DNA from: Phoronis australis
Taxonomy: Eukaryota > Animalia > Phoronida
NCBI GenBank assembly: GCA_002633005.1
Contig: NMRA01000111.1
Location: 920,938-978,451, forward strand
DNA: 57,514 nt
Direction: 5' to 3'
Shown here one piece after another: positions 1 to 13,600 of the stretch (positions are counted from its first letter, which is position 1; each line of letters begins with the position of its first letter). The position numbers were made by a program, and so were the translations under genes. Under the pieces are notes generated by a model that saw only the letters and a list, made by a program, of their open reading frames with translations, was not told where the DNA came from and ran no database searches.

Positions 1-71
1 GGGGGGGGTAAGTCTTGGTCAAGATGGCTATACTTGAGAATGTCTTATTAGTTTTGCTTTACTTTTTCCAG

Positions 72-110
72 TTAGGAGAATACTGACAACCTACTGGGGC
101 CCCTGTAATG
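72..110 (+). CDS. Possible 39-nt internal exon (RRILTTYWGPCN) of an unidentified gene entering from the left
   Basis: Strong acceptor ttttgctttactttttccAG, donor GTAAGT at 111, and another GTAAGT at about 8. No product can be assigned. Confidence 0.3.
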
Positions 111-183
111 GTAAGTTGATCTTTCTTATTCCAGTAAGTTTTAAAAGAAAGAATAGGTTACCTTAACTTACATGTAAGTTCGC

Positions 184-712
184 TCACTGAAGCATCGTCA
201 TCTTTTAAGAAATTCGCTTCTAATTGTCCAAATATCATCTACAATCAGTCGATTTTCGTAGATACATAAACATGGAAATCAGAAATCAACAATAGATTCC
301 ATGAGCAATGCGTTTACCTTGATTTAATGACTCAATTTCTTATCGATCTCCTGTTTGTGAGTTTAAGCGAAAAATCTTTTACCTAAGTCGAAAAGTAATG
401 CATTTATTGCCATTTGAATTGTTAATATATTTTTGGGAATTGTCCGAATTTCATCAATGTCTGAGAGTAATTTTAGATTGGTAAAACTGGTCTCAGTGTA
501 GTGATTCCTGTCTGTACTTTACTACAGTATTTGAGGATCGGATTATAGTTTTTCCAATTTCAGATTGCAACTAAATTCACTGAAACATCATCAATTCTTA
601 CAAGGTTAGCTTCTAATTGTCAAAAATCATCTATGAATCTATCGTAGATATATAAACAAGTAAATCAGAAACCAAGGAATTTGTTTATCAAAACAGAATG
701 TTATGAGCAATG
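184..712 (+). repeat. Diverged local direct duplication (~184-310 vs ~578-712)
   Basis: Both copies read cactgaa.catc.tca...gcttctaattgtc...tcatcta...tcgtagata.ataaaca....aaatcagaaa and end near atgagcaatg. Confidence 0.7.
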
Positions 713-1299
713 TCCGCAGACATGCTTGTAGATTTTTGACAGGTAAACGGGTGAAGATGCAAGATGGGGCAATCGTATTAAGGTGTATTTTTGCTCATTT
801 CAGATTACCTACAACGGTTCACGAGGTTAACTTGAATTCCACTGTCAAAAAACGTTGAAATCTTTGCTTATGATTGCGAGAGTTCAGAGTACCCCTGTTT
901 GACATGTACAGGGTCTTCACAAATAGTAGCCTCGACAGCAGTGTTTTCCACACGTGAGAATTCTTTACAAACAACTCATAGTAATCACCTTCAAAAGAGA
1001 TACTACTCTTGTGATGCTATAGGAAATATTAGTTTATAACTAACCATCGTAAATAGTCCTTTTGTGTAATTCACATATAGTGGTCTTCACGTTCTTCGAA
1101 ATCCTATCCTTTCGATGGGGTCAATTCTATTGTATTTTTTTTACATTTTTGGTTGTTTGGGTCGAATTTCTTGACACTGCTTAGCTGTGCACGAGTGTTT
1201 TGTGTTTTTTGATTAGTTTCGAATCTCAAATTCCTTCGTGAATACTTGGCAGTGTCGGAGTTACATGTATAGAGGGACGAAGGGACATTTTCCCCGAAC

Positions 1300-1526
1300 T
1301 GCTCCACGGAGAGAGGATCCCGTCTGAAATTGGACACTTAGTTTAAGATGAAAGGCTAAACATTATTAAGCTTGGAAAAGAGTGACAGTTCATTCCACTG
1401 TTGTGTGGTCACACGACGGTGCAGGAAAGTGACCTTCTTCAACAGGAAAGCCGGTTTCACGATTTCACACAAAACAGGAAAATAGAGGTAATCGATTCCA
1501 ACATTGGGCCCTCTCTCCGTGAGCTG
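1300..1526. mobile_element. Short inverted-repeat-bounded (MITE-like) element
   Basis: gctccacggagagaggatccc (1300) is nearly the reverse complement of gggccctctctccgtgagc (~1506-1524). Confidence 0.4.
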
Positions 1527-4263
1527 CTCCTTAAGAATTTGTCAATGAAAACACAGTAAGGGTGGCCACTTGAACGTCATCGATGTCCTCCTTCAAGGGC
1601 GGGGCCTCTAAATATGAAAATATCTTTACTTCGAAAAACCAGGAAATGCGCAGCAATTGGTGTTATCTGCCAGGTCATCAATTTTCTCAAGTCAATTTGA
1701 CCTATCGCAAGCTCCGCCCCTATGCGAAAAGTCACGTGATACCCGACATTCGAACGAGATGTCAGAGGCAAATACACTGTCGCTAAACGACGTTCCTGGT
1801 GGAATCGATGAGTGTTTTTGTACTATTTGAAAACGCGTCGACAGAGACAAGAGGCGATGCTTTTCAACAGTGAATCTTACGTTCACGATATGGGAATTTG
1901 TAAAGGTGACGATGAAAAAATAAATGCTCGAGGAGCCAGCGAAAATCCGAAGAACCCTCGGCCTCGGGGCCACCTAGTTCACGTGACAACTGACAAGGCA
2001 ACTGATACGATATGTTCATGAAAAGCTGGGTATGTATCTTAAAGTCGAATTATCTGTACGATTCCATAGATTTCATGATCTTTCGAATAAAATCAGTGAA
2101 GGTTCACCGATAGTTTTGTTCTGTCGTCATGTAGCTAAATTTCGCCAAATGAAAAGTAGGTCACAACTGGTGGGACTCCTGGAGTAAAGTAGGTCATAGA
2201 TTACAGACATCACATGCACTATAGTGTCTGAATAGGTCGACTCGATAGCTCTGTTTACGCTTTTCTAATCTTGTAACGAAATATTTTGATAAAAAAATTC
2301 AGGTTCATAGCTCAGGTACACACTCATCTCGTCCTCAAACAGTTAGCTCCGGTAGGTCTAGGGCTGTGTTGAAGTAAAATTAATGTCTGGAATTCAGTGG
2401 CGGATCTAGGATACCACAGGGGGGCCAACATATGTTGCCTCGTGGAAATTGGGCAAAGTGCAATTGTATGTGCACAGGCNGTGGTAGTTGCAAAAATAGG
2501 GTATTTACAAAAATAACTCAAATTCTTTTTTAAAGCTTCATAAATCTAAATATCATTTTGAACAACTTCAAAATGAGCTCTCTAGCTCTAACTCTACAGA
2601 CTAGAGGTACACGTCAAAAAGTAATTCAACAGTTTATTTTTAGTGACAACAGCTCGACCAAGGCTTTGAGTTCGGCAGTAATCCAGTGCCCTTCCCTGTG
2701 CCGATCGAATCTATGAATTTTGACCGGGAGAGAAGTTCAATTGAACGCCAGCTTACGGTTTATGAATAACAAAAATGTACCTCTGATACGAAACAAAATA
2801 ATGTCCATTAGGTTGAAATACATAAAAAACATAAAGCAAAATGTCCTTGAAAACAACAATTTCCGGGGACTACCGCTAGAGTGCTGAGGTCCAGCAGGTG
2901 CCGAGACAAAGGCGGCCAAACGTAGTCAACTCGGGAGTCAAAATCTGAGATAGCCCTGCACCACAGCGACCAAGCTGAAAAGTGCGTATCTTGGAACTAA
3001 TGTATTTGTGTTTATAATAGCCTTCGAGTTATCAAGCAACATCGCTAAGTTCAGCTGCTCGTGTGGCCGTAGAGTTTGATCCATAGTTTACGCTTTTCAA
3101 CATCATTTTTCGGCTTAGGACATGCCAAAAATGACGGGATATTATTCTGGAGCAGTATAACGGCTGTCAGTGCTACACACGTCATATCAACACCGTTTCC
3201 CCATTCTTAGTGGACAATTTCTTGAGCTATAGACTAAAGTAAGTTTTACTCGACTGCGTGTGGTTTGTCGGGTAAAATGGCGGCTTGGAAACGCAGACGA
3301 AGGTGTGCCAAGAATGCTGCGTTCTGATTGGTCAATTAAGCCGTCCGTCATAATCCTGGCGATAGGTCAATTGATGTTATCTGTCAGGTGATCAATTTTT
3401 CTCAAATGATATACAATTTCGAGAAAAATAAATTAAGCGACACTTGTCTCCGTTTTCTCTTGCTAAACAGGGGCCTCTGTTAGAACTTAGTTTTGCATTC
3501 GCAAAATTGTCTTATTGATTTTAAAAATCCAGTAAATCAATACGCTCCACAAAAGCTTCGTTTTACAAATTTTCTCGATTTTTCGAAGTACCTGTATGAG
3601 TGATTACATGCTCGTTTTCAAGTGCATTTAGACGACCTGTGATGCCAAAGCGGAGACCTTACCGGACAACATGTACACCATGCACTGATACAGACTTGTT
3701 AAATGTTTTCTTGAATTTTCTATCTCATCCGTATTTCGCAGTCTGTCTTTTCTCGATTGTCCCCGGCCCCACACATATGTCGGTTGGCACGATTTAACAC
3801 TGACGCCTGAAATGTGCCCCCCCCTCTTCCTATATATGGCCCTGCCAGCTGACGAGGTATGACATGTGACGTATTTTGTGTTATCTTTCCTAGCATCGTA
3901 GCACTGTGAAAGAGTGTATGAAATAAAAATGTGTCACTTCAAATCTCCCGCCACAGGAGTCAAGACATTTATTTGACCACAGTGATCATTGTGGGGTGAT
4001 CGACCTCGCTACTTGTGAAGTGAATTGAATACTCTTACCACCCGCCAGGTTAGGCTGGGTGGGACTCGGAGTTCAACTCTAGGACCTCGCTAAAAGCAAG
4101 ATTTTGTGAGATTATGTGAGATATGTCGTGTTTTTGCCAGATTTTTAGTCCAGTCAAGAGACAGCTACTGAACTTGCCAGTGCGGCCATAGTGAGCCCAT
4201 TTGCTTCGCTGAGTACTAGAAACCACACGGAGCCGCGTAATAAGCTGCACAGTTCACTAGTCT

Positions 4264-4398
4264 CCTCTGATCCTCTAGATTAGAAGTTCTCTGAACCTCT
4301 AGATTAGAGGTTCAACCTCTGACCCTCTAGATTAGAGGTTCAACCTCTGACCCTCTAGATTAGAGGTTCAACCTCTGACCCTCTAGATTAGAGGTTCA
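4264..4398. repeat. 28-bp tandem repeat (~5 units) with internal palindrome CCTCTA-gat-TAGAGG
   Basis: Unit cctctagattagaggttcaacctctgac is repeated almost perfectly; the first unit is shorter and diverged. Confidence 0.92.
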
Positions 4399-4410
4399 GC
4401 TGTCTGGGCT

Positions 4411-4445
4411 TATAAGTTCTGTCGAGACAACGAAGTCTGTAGTTT
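4411..4445 (+). promoter_or_regulatory. Putative core promoter of the methyltransferase (TATA-like plus Inr-like)
   Basis: TATAAG at 4411 and an Inr-like TGTAGTT about 27-30 nt downstream, about 65 nt before the ATG. Confidence 0.4.
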
Positions 4446-4506
4446 TGCAAGTTACAGTACGTTGATTTGTGAATAAGCGTGCTAAGGATCGAGGCTGAGT
4501 ACTGAG

Positions 4507-4651
4507 ATGTCTTTCAACACACAAAATGGCTTCAATTCCAATGGATATGTTCCCTACATCAAAGACGAGGGCGCTGGATTCAGTGATGAAGACCTCATTT
4601 TATGCTTTCGGTTACTGGAGGAGACAAGGCCCGTCATATTACAAGCTTTAG
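4507..4651 (+). CDS. Methyltransferase coding exon 1 (MSFNTQNG...VILQAL)
   Basis: ATG at 4507 and donor G|GTAAGT at 4652. Phase 1 fits exon 2. Confidence 0.8.
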
Positions 4652-7600
4652 GTAAGTCAATTTCAGCCGCACGCAGTTGCTCTCAGCTCTTCTAGTTGGA
4701 AAATGTAAAATAAGTTTCCAGGCATAGTCTTCTGATTTACTCACTCGACTCGATATGTTTCTGTCTGACGAAAACTCGCGTAAGTTGGAATAGGCAATAC
4801 GTAGACCCTCAGCCTCAGTTGGCTAGACAATGACCATCGTCTCTATCCGGGCCAGGATTTGTAGGGCTTCTAGAAAATGATTTTTGTGAGTACTTTAGGG
4901 GGGCAATTTTATTTTGGTGTTTTTTAATTCATTTACTAAAGTGTTTTCAAAATCTAAAAAGTTCCCACACGTACGTTGCACATTTTTGAGAAATTTGAGT
5001 TTGAAGTGTAACGGGGCTGGTATCTACGACCAAGGCGTCCCGATTTTACGAGCCCGGTACGGACTGAGGGTGATATTGAAAACTAAAAGTTTGTGAATAG
5101 TACATACATTTATTGTAAGAAGATGTGAATACAATGTTTCACACTTACAAGCAATCCAGTTGTTCCCTGGTCTAGTATCGCAGCGTTGTGATTTATACAG
5201 TTCTGATACACGGGTAGGCCAGTCGCTAATTAATAGTTGTACATGTATGTGTAAGAACGGGGGCAATTTAGTTGTTCAGACCCGAAAGGTGAGATGCAGT
5301 CAAGCTCAAGAGGAGCCCGAGAATTGCTGGGGCTATACTATTGGCAAATCAGTTCGGGAGGAGCCCGAAAGCTGCACAAATAGTTGAAATTTGGTGTAAG
5401 TGAGAGTGTAGGTGTTAGATTCTTGAGCTCTGCGACTGGATTCCTCGTGTTTGACAGAGAAAAAGCTTAAGTACACAATTTCAACCAATCAGACGCGATC
5501 TGAAGGGCAAGGCCCACAACTCCTATAGGTTCTGACCATACCCAAAGGACCCAAAAGTGATCGGAAAATTCCATACGCAATGTACAGCTTGATCACTTGA
5601 GGGTGCATATATCTTGTTTACATAATCATGTCCAGGGCACTCTTGTTACACTCCCCCTGCCTCAGATCATGTCACACCTGTGACTGATAAAAAAAAAATA
5701 AAACAAACAGGAGTGAACTTCAAATCACTTAAACATATCAATATCAAAAGCAGACTAATAACGACAAAAAAACAACTATCCAAACACCATGAAGTTAATC
5801 GAACAACTTACACAATAGCACTGCGCGTAATAAACAAAATAAAATAATACAAAAATGAATAAGTAAAAACAATTATGGTGCGGCCATCACCTGTATACAT
5901 ACAAATGAACTAAAAACACTAAATGTAGATAACTAATATAACGGCAGTACGGATCGACAGGGGCGCGGAACCAGTGCTGCTTGGGGGAGACATACATCCG
6001 GCCTTCTCGGTCCTAACGTACAGTCTCGTCTCGCGCCACCGTAACTTCAGGAAATGGCTGGGGAACGTCCCTTCTGGCGTGTACCTCTTGCCGACGTTCT
6101 GCGGCAACGACGGCCTTTGCACGTTTCCGGTTGTGAACCAGTATTTCTGTCGTTCCGTCGTGCCCGGTCTTGCGTCGGTGTTTTCGGCGCGCGTGCCTAG
6201 CTGAAAACCTACGCATACAATGAGAACAGCAGATAAGTTTAATTAACGGTGAGCAAGTCTTTTCGTGCCGCTTCAGCATATAGAACTTGGTGAATGTCAT
6301 GTCACACTCGGCGCACTTGTATACGGGTCGGGATTGACTGATGGCCTCCTCTGACTTCCCCACAAGTTGCTCCACCTCTGCAGGATCTGGCTGAAGGTCT
6401 CTGCAAGAAGAAACAATAATTATAGAAACCGGGCCGGTTTCTTGATCAACCTGCCTCGGCGGTTGCGAACGACTGGTGTACTTGCTGCAGCGTGGTGGAC
6501 AGTGCCACGGCAGTCAGTACCCAAAGAAACATCATTCTAAGCCTCACTCAGAATGTCCAGAGAGCCAGAACACACTTCACAGTCGATCTCATCTGAGCTT
6601 ACCACATCAGCCCCCTGTTCAGGCTCCGGAATAGCATCTCGTCCCTCGTGAACTCCAGTACACATAGTGTACCTAATTATCGGACGGAACCTAAATATCG
6701 GACATTTCAAAAAATCTTACTTGAAGCATAATCTGAGAATTAAATGACACCAATTGTTGTTCCGTTGTAATGCATTCAATGTCCGGCACCGTCTCGTTTT
6801 TTACAGCGTTGCCTCGTTTTGATTTCACCGAGAGAGGGTGCAATTTAGACCCCCAAGTCGGCCTAAAATGGACGATCGCATAAATCGGTTATAAAAGTTG
6901 AAAATAAAATCTTTTTCCACAATGAAACTTTCTCATTGAACTGACAATATGTTACTGTTCCATTTTTTCATTTGTTTTTAAACTCAAGTCAAACCCCGAC
7001 CGCGCACGTGCGGGTGTCATATCAAGAAGCCAAAGTGATAATAAAAACTGCAGTGTGTTTGCACGTGCTTTAGTCGTCTGCACTAATTCATCGAAATGAC
7101 TTGACGCCGTCATAAGATTTCATTTTATGGATAATTTTATTGCGAATGGACCTGTGTTCTAGCAGCATACAATGTATATGTCAAAACACTCGAGCTGAAA
7201 TTTGGCTACAAGGTGCCCGCGGCCATTACGTGGTTAGTCAGTTTTCCGCGGTGTGGCTTTTGGGGAACATGGTGTCCGATATTTAGGTTCTCCGAAGGTT
7301 TGCTTGTTGTGTTTTTTAAAGTTCAGTCGGAACATAAATGTGGCTTTCGGTGACAAGATATAGTAACACAACAATTCTATAAAGGTAATTCTTTATTTGA
7401 GCAAAGAATTTACAACAATCCGTAGTATTTTCAATTAAATATAATGCAAAATGTGCCAAAACGTCCGATAATTAGGTCACTTGACTGTAGGCCCATGCCA
7501 CGGCTTCAAATGATCAACACGGACTACAATTTTGGGCATATCAGGTCCCTTCTGAACTTCATACTGCACATCACTTACTCGTCTAACTATCGTGTAGGGA

Positions 7601-10600
7601 CCCACCCACCCAAGACCAAGTTTCTGGTTAGCAGTTGGAGGGTACCATCGGAAGACCCAGTCCCCATCACGAAATTTGCGGAATTTCTCTCGGGCATCGT
7701 AGTACTTCTTCTGCCACTAAAAACTTGAATCCAACGCCTCTCTAGCTCCAGGCAGCGACACCTCCCGACCGAACAATAACTTATATGGTGTGAAACCCGT
7801 GCTGTCATGCTCTGGAGAACGATATGCCATCATAACGTACGTTAGATGGTCGTCCCAGTCCCTCCGATGCTTGTTCACGACCATGGCCAACATCCCTTGG
7901 ACCGTGCGATTAAACCGCTCTACCATGTCATCGGATTGCGGACGACAGGGGGTGATTCTAATCTTCTTCATTCCGAGCAATTGACAAAGTTCAGAGAACA
8001 AGTTACTCTCAAACTCCCGACCCTGATCAGAATGAATGTACGTTGGTACGCCAAATCTGGAGATAAACTCTGTCGCGAGTTTATCTGTGACTGTCTGAGC
8101 CGTGTGGTTTGGTAGGGCATAAGCTTCCGTCCACTTGATCAAGTAGTCTCCGACCTCCATGATGTATTCTATGTCATTGTACGATTTTGTAAGAGGACCA
8201 AGGATGTCCAAAGCAATGCGCTGGAATGGAGCGCCTGCTGAAGTGGTGCGCGACCTTTGCCCGGACCTGGTTTGCGCTGTGCACACATCTCGCAACGCTT
8301 GCACCACCTAGAAACATCACCCTGCAGCCCTGGCCAGTAGAAACGAGAACGGACGGTCCTAATAGTCTTGTCGCGACCAACATGTCCCGCTGTCCTTGCG
8401 TCATGCGTCAGCTGGAGAACCTGACTCCGTAACTGACGTGGAAGTACAATCACCATTCGATCACCGCCGCCACGGGCGTCGATCCAGCGCCGATACAGAA
8501 AAACTATCCTGCAAGTGCAAAAGGTTCCACTCAGAAAACAAACGCGATACGTGATGCAGTAGCGCTGTTGTGACGCTGACAGAGTTTGTCTGGCATAGGC
8601 GATGACCCTCTCCTCGCCATCCTGCTCCTGAGATAGTATTCCTGAGATGCCAAAGGCCGATGCATCCGTGCCAAGGATGAACCTACCCTGCCGCCGGGGA
8701 TACGCTAACACTGTATGGTTGGTAAGCAGTACCTTCAGCTGGTCAAATGCCAATTGACACGAATCATCCCACTCGAATCGTTGGTTCTTCCCGGTCAAAC
8801 GTGACAACGGTGCAGCAACAGTGGAGAAGTCAGGAATGAATCTGCGATAATATGAGGCCAGTCCAAGGAAACTGCGTACATACGAAACTGAGGATGGTGT
8901 CTCCCAATCAGCAACTGCAGCAACCTTTTCAGGGTCACAGTTTACCCCTGCTTCAGACACTACGTGGCCTAGGAAAGGTACCTCTCTCCGAAACAGACTG
9001 CACTTGGTCGGCTTAAGTCGCAGACCGGCGTCCCGAAAACGTAGAAAAACTCCTCGGAGATCGCAGAGGGCGTCACCGAAAGTTTTGCAAAGACTAGGAT
9101 GTCGTCAATATACAGTAGACCCTTGTCCCATTGCATTCCCGCAAAAACCTTTTCTACCAAACGCTCAAAACTAGATGGTGCATTCGCCAGACCAAAAGGC
9201 ATAGACGTGAACTCAAAAAGACCCCTATGAGATGCGAATGCAGTCTTCGCCCTGTCTTTCTTGGCCATTGGCACCTGCCAATATCCACTGGCCATGTCAA
9301 GGGTGGTAAACCATGACATGCCCACGAGGGAATCAAGGCAGGTGTCTATCCACGGGAAAGGATAGGCATCTTTCCTGGTCACCGCGTTCAATTTCCGGTA
9401 GTCTACACAGATTATGGAAATGGATGAAATCAGCAAGTGTAACGTATGGAACCGAGGTCAATAGATGCTACTCTGAGTAATTCAACCCACTAAAACGTTA
9501 CCTACTAATACGACACCTGGAGAAATTACCTGAAAAATGACAACGATTGACATGATGACGTCGATCATGATTATTATTATGAAGGTGGCGATTATGAACA
9601 ACATTAAACATTCATGTGGCTAGCGAAGATGTGAGAAATCAGTAAATAGGCTACAGTCTTGAGCGACACATGGCGAAATTAACTGAAAAGACGACGATGG
9701 AGATAATTACGAAGATGACGACTATGATGATGATGGTGGCGATGATGAACAATATGATAACATTCATATGACGAACGCAGAAGTCAGAAATCAGTTGCCG
9801 GTAAACTAACAGCACAGCAAAATTGGTCAACTAAGGAACAGCATTTTCAGAAAATCTCAAATAATTCAAAAAGTAGACGTTGTATCGAAAAATGGAAAAT
9901 ATATTCTGAAAGCCCGTTCAAAATTCTATCTAAAAACGTAATTGCACAAAAATCTAAAAAAATTTTCGAAAAAATTTGAAAGTTTGCATTTTTTGAAATT
10001 AAATGTCAAATAACTCAAAAATGGTAAGTCTGAGAAAAATTCGTACAGTTCATTTGAAAGAATATACTTCAGAGAATCCACATGCAAAAATTCACGTCAT
10101 TTTCTCTTCCCGTTTAAAATGGCACCCCAGCACGACTGAAAATGGGCCAACATGCGCCAGATTCGCCATCTTGGAAGCAACTTCCGAATGTTTAGCATTG
10201 AATATTACATTGCCAAAGAAAACTAATACCTGAAAAAGTTGAAGCAATTGGTCCTACAATGCACCCTCTAGAGGAGAAAAAGTTTTTGGTCCAAAATCGA
10301 GATGCGCATGCGCAACTGCCGATATTTCCGCCATCTTTAACCAGATGTAAATGATTTCTGGTTAAATCGTAGTACTTGTAGTTTTATATTGCAGCCGATT
10401 TGCAGCCGGATATGTCAACAACTACGGCCTTTATGAGCAACGGAATCAGAAATCGGAAACAATATGGCCGCCACATCCGCTATCTTGGATCCGATCATGA
10501 CATAGGCTTCCTGTACTTCCGGGACTACAAGTTGTGTGAAATTTTTTTGAAAATCCGACAAAAAATGCGACCTGTTGAGTGCAAACAAACAAAAAAATTG

Positions 10601-13600
10601 ACACCAAAAACAATTTTTCGCCAAGTAATAAAGAAAAGCATGGCAGTGGCCTCTTATGAAGATGATGGTTTAAAAGTCCCTGACATCACCCTTATTTAAG
10701 GAAGGGTTAAAAGACTTCAGTCTCTTGAATGTTAAAGATGGAAGTTTGATCCACAATATATCCTCAACAGTTGTGGTGGTGAACTGCTGTGGTCATTTGA
10801 AAGGGCATACTTCAGAGAAACCACATGCAAAAATTAACGTCATTTTCTCTTCCTGTTTAAAATGGCACCCCAGCACGACTGAAAATGTGTCAAAATGCGC
10901 CAGAGCCGCCATTTTGAAAGCAACTTCCGGTTACTCATAACTGGATAATAGCTTGTCAAAGGAAACTAATACCTGAAAATTTTCAAAGACATTAGTCCTA
11001 TAATGCGCCATCTACAGGAGAAAACGTTTTTACCCTGGAATCTAGGTGCACATGCGCCATGGCCAATATTTCTGCCATCTTGAACCAGAAGTTCACAATT
11101 TTTGCATGAAGATAGTACCTGTCCAGTTTTATATCTTTACCGATTTTCAGCCGTGTACTTTAATAATTGCGGCTTCTATGAGCTTTTCAATCTTAAATTG
11201 GAAACAAAATGGCCACCACGTCCGCCGTTTTAAAAACGATCATGACCAGAAACAATAGGCTTCCAGTACTTCCGGAGATACAAGTTGTGTGCAAATTTTG
11301 TGGAAATCAGTAACAAATGCGACCTGCAGAGTGCGAACAAACAAAAAAGAATGAAAGCGGTCAGAGGAGCGACACATGGCGAAATTAACAGAAAAAACGA
11401 CGATTGAGGTGATGACGAATATGACGACGATGGTGGCGATGATGAACAATTCAAGTAATGATAACATTCACAAGACGAACGTAGAGGCCAGACATCAATA
11501 AGTATAGGCTACAGTCTTGAGAGACACTTGGCGAATTTAACTGAAAAGACAACGATGGAGATGATGACGAAGATGACGAATATGATGACGATAGTGATGA
11601 TGCTCCACAACATCATAACATTCATATAACGCACTTAGTTGTCATAAATCAGTAAGAAATAGGCTACAGTCTTGTTCCCATCGACTAGACTTATTTCACG
11701 ATCAACGTAACATGATCGCCATTTAGTGAAATGCAGCGGGGTAATGGTGATTTTGAAATGGGTGATCTTACCTGACAAACTCAAATACAAGTCAGAGTTT
11801 ACCCTAGAATAGAACAGTAACAGCAGGGCAGCACCTTGATTCTAATCTATCGATTAGGGACAGCCGGACAGGCAGCTCAAGTTAGCAGTGCCTAGACTTC
11901 TAATGGGCCCTAATACGGCACTGGTGACAAAGGCATGCCTGGTGGCATGAGTTGTTGATGTTACTGGTTATACTGAAATGTCAAAAAGTCTGATGGAGAG
12001 ATGATGCAGTTATGTATCATAATTTTGTTTTTTCAAGATGAAGTTCCATGTGATGGTGGATCAACGTTTACCATAGGCGATTATGCTACTGGAGACGGCA
12101 ATTCTTCTATGGGGATTTTCAGAGAGATTGTAGGTAGGTAATGCATTTTTACCTTAGAAAGTGAAGGTGAATAAAATGTTATGCACTAACCAAGTGGTGG
12201 GTAACAATCTGTCAGATCTCGAGCTGGCATTTTTTGTATGCATGCACGCTGGGTGTCATTTTAGGTTCGTCTTGGTGCACATGCAAATCTTCACAAAAAA
12301 TGCGCAGTAAGAAAGACCAAGGCGCCTCCCCCTATTATCATAAAAACTATCATACAGTGGAAGTCATTTGTTATTCGGGTGTCTAGGAAGTTGTCAGGTT
12401 TGAATCCGTTTCAAATTGGTTAACCCTTTAGATTGGTTTGAATTGTTTTGAAGTCAAACTAGACAATATTTTTCGAGTTCAAGGTATCAAGTTCTCTTTT
12501 TTCTTTTCATGAAACACTTCTATTTTTAATTGACTTTAAGTTCCAAGACAAAAATGTCTGTCAGAACTATGTTTCGTATAACATGATATTCTTTCTATTA
12601 AGGAACTTTACGGTCTCGGTACGGTGATGAACTGCCCATTCAAGTATTGTATGAGGACCTGCCTATGAACGACTACAAGTCCCTCGTACGGAGACTTACT
12701 GGTAAGTTCTTTTTCATAGTTCACATTTCTTTGATTGCGTACAAATCAGTTACAAAACTTATTCATTGCATTTAAACGTCACTTGCACAGCACAGTTGTT
12801 GTTAGAAAAGTAACACACGTAATCATTTGGACAGGTCTGACATCTGGATGAACTTAATAAGGTATTAGTTTCAGCGAGAATTTCACAATGATCGTCCTCC
12901 ATCATGGCCCACAAACATTTGTTGGTCACAAAAGCAGAAAGTGCCCTTTGGTGAAATTGGGGCTACTTATAGTGCAGATCAAGGATTTACGGAAAAAAGA
13001 ACAAAGAAGTGGTCACTACATGATACAAAAGCATATGAACTGGCTCCCCGCAATTTAATTCAGAGTTAAAAAACACACTTTCCTTACTAACCGTAAGTTT
13101 CTTTGTTATATGATGTGAATTGAACTCATGATTAAATATGAACATCCTTGGGGATAGCACATGTGGCTTATGGAAACGACCTCGCCGACAAAACTCCTGT
13201 ATTCTTATTCCCATGTAGACCACCCAGTGGGCATCAACAAAACTGTACCCCCTGTCTACTCTCAGTGCACGTAATGGTGTCACTGAACTTGAAATTGTCT
13301 GCAAAAAAATTACCAAGGTGTCTAAATGTTTGAACTGATTTGGCCTCTGAATGAAGCTCAGTTGATGTAAATTGGTTGGCAATCTATGAATGGCTCAAAG
13401 ATTAGGAACAGTGGATATCTACCGATATACCGGTATGTATAGCAGTTAATTTGACCTATGACCCTTTGGCGCAAAGATGTGGCTCCACACCAGTAATAAG
13501 TTTCAGTGAAATATTGGGAACATCGTGACAAGGAAAGGAATCTCGTGTCATTTCCTGATTTGGGCAAATGAATTTTTAACTCATCAGCAGTCAATAATAT

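Larger units (their letters stand above)
5007..9411 (-). mobile_element. 5'-truncated Ty3/Gypsy LTR retrotransposon in methyltransferase intron 1
   Basis: On the minus strand the order is RT, RNase H, integrase, GPY/F, extra ORF, polypurine tract, LTR. No gag, protease or 5' LTR is seen. Confidence 0.93.

Noticed and set aside
697-742. Cys-rich candidate exon (ECYEQCPQTCL*) continuing from exon 72-110
   Set aside because: Weak acceptor, early stop, and it lies in a local duplication, so support is insufficient.
2396-2480. MITE starting CAGTGGCGGATCTAGG
   Set aside because: Only one end is visible before the N at 2480, so the boundaries cannot be supported.
4264-4398. 28-bp palindromic repeats as a CRISPR array
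   Set aside because: The units are contiguous with no unique spacers, there are no cas genes, and the context is eukaryotic.
4806-4860. tRNA or tRNA-derived SINE head
   Set aside because: Only an A-box-like word is present, with no B-box or cloverleaf.
11230-11467. Ser-rich or hydrophobic minus-strand ORFs resembling membrane proteins
   Set aside because: They are artefacts of GAT/GAC trinucleotide-rich repeat units.
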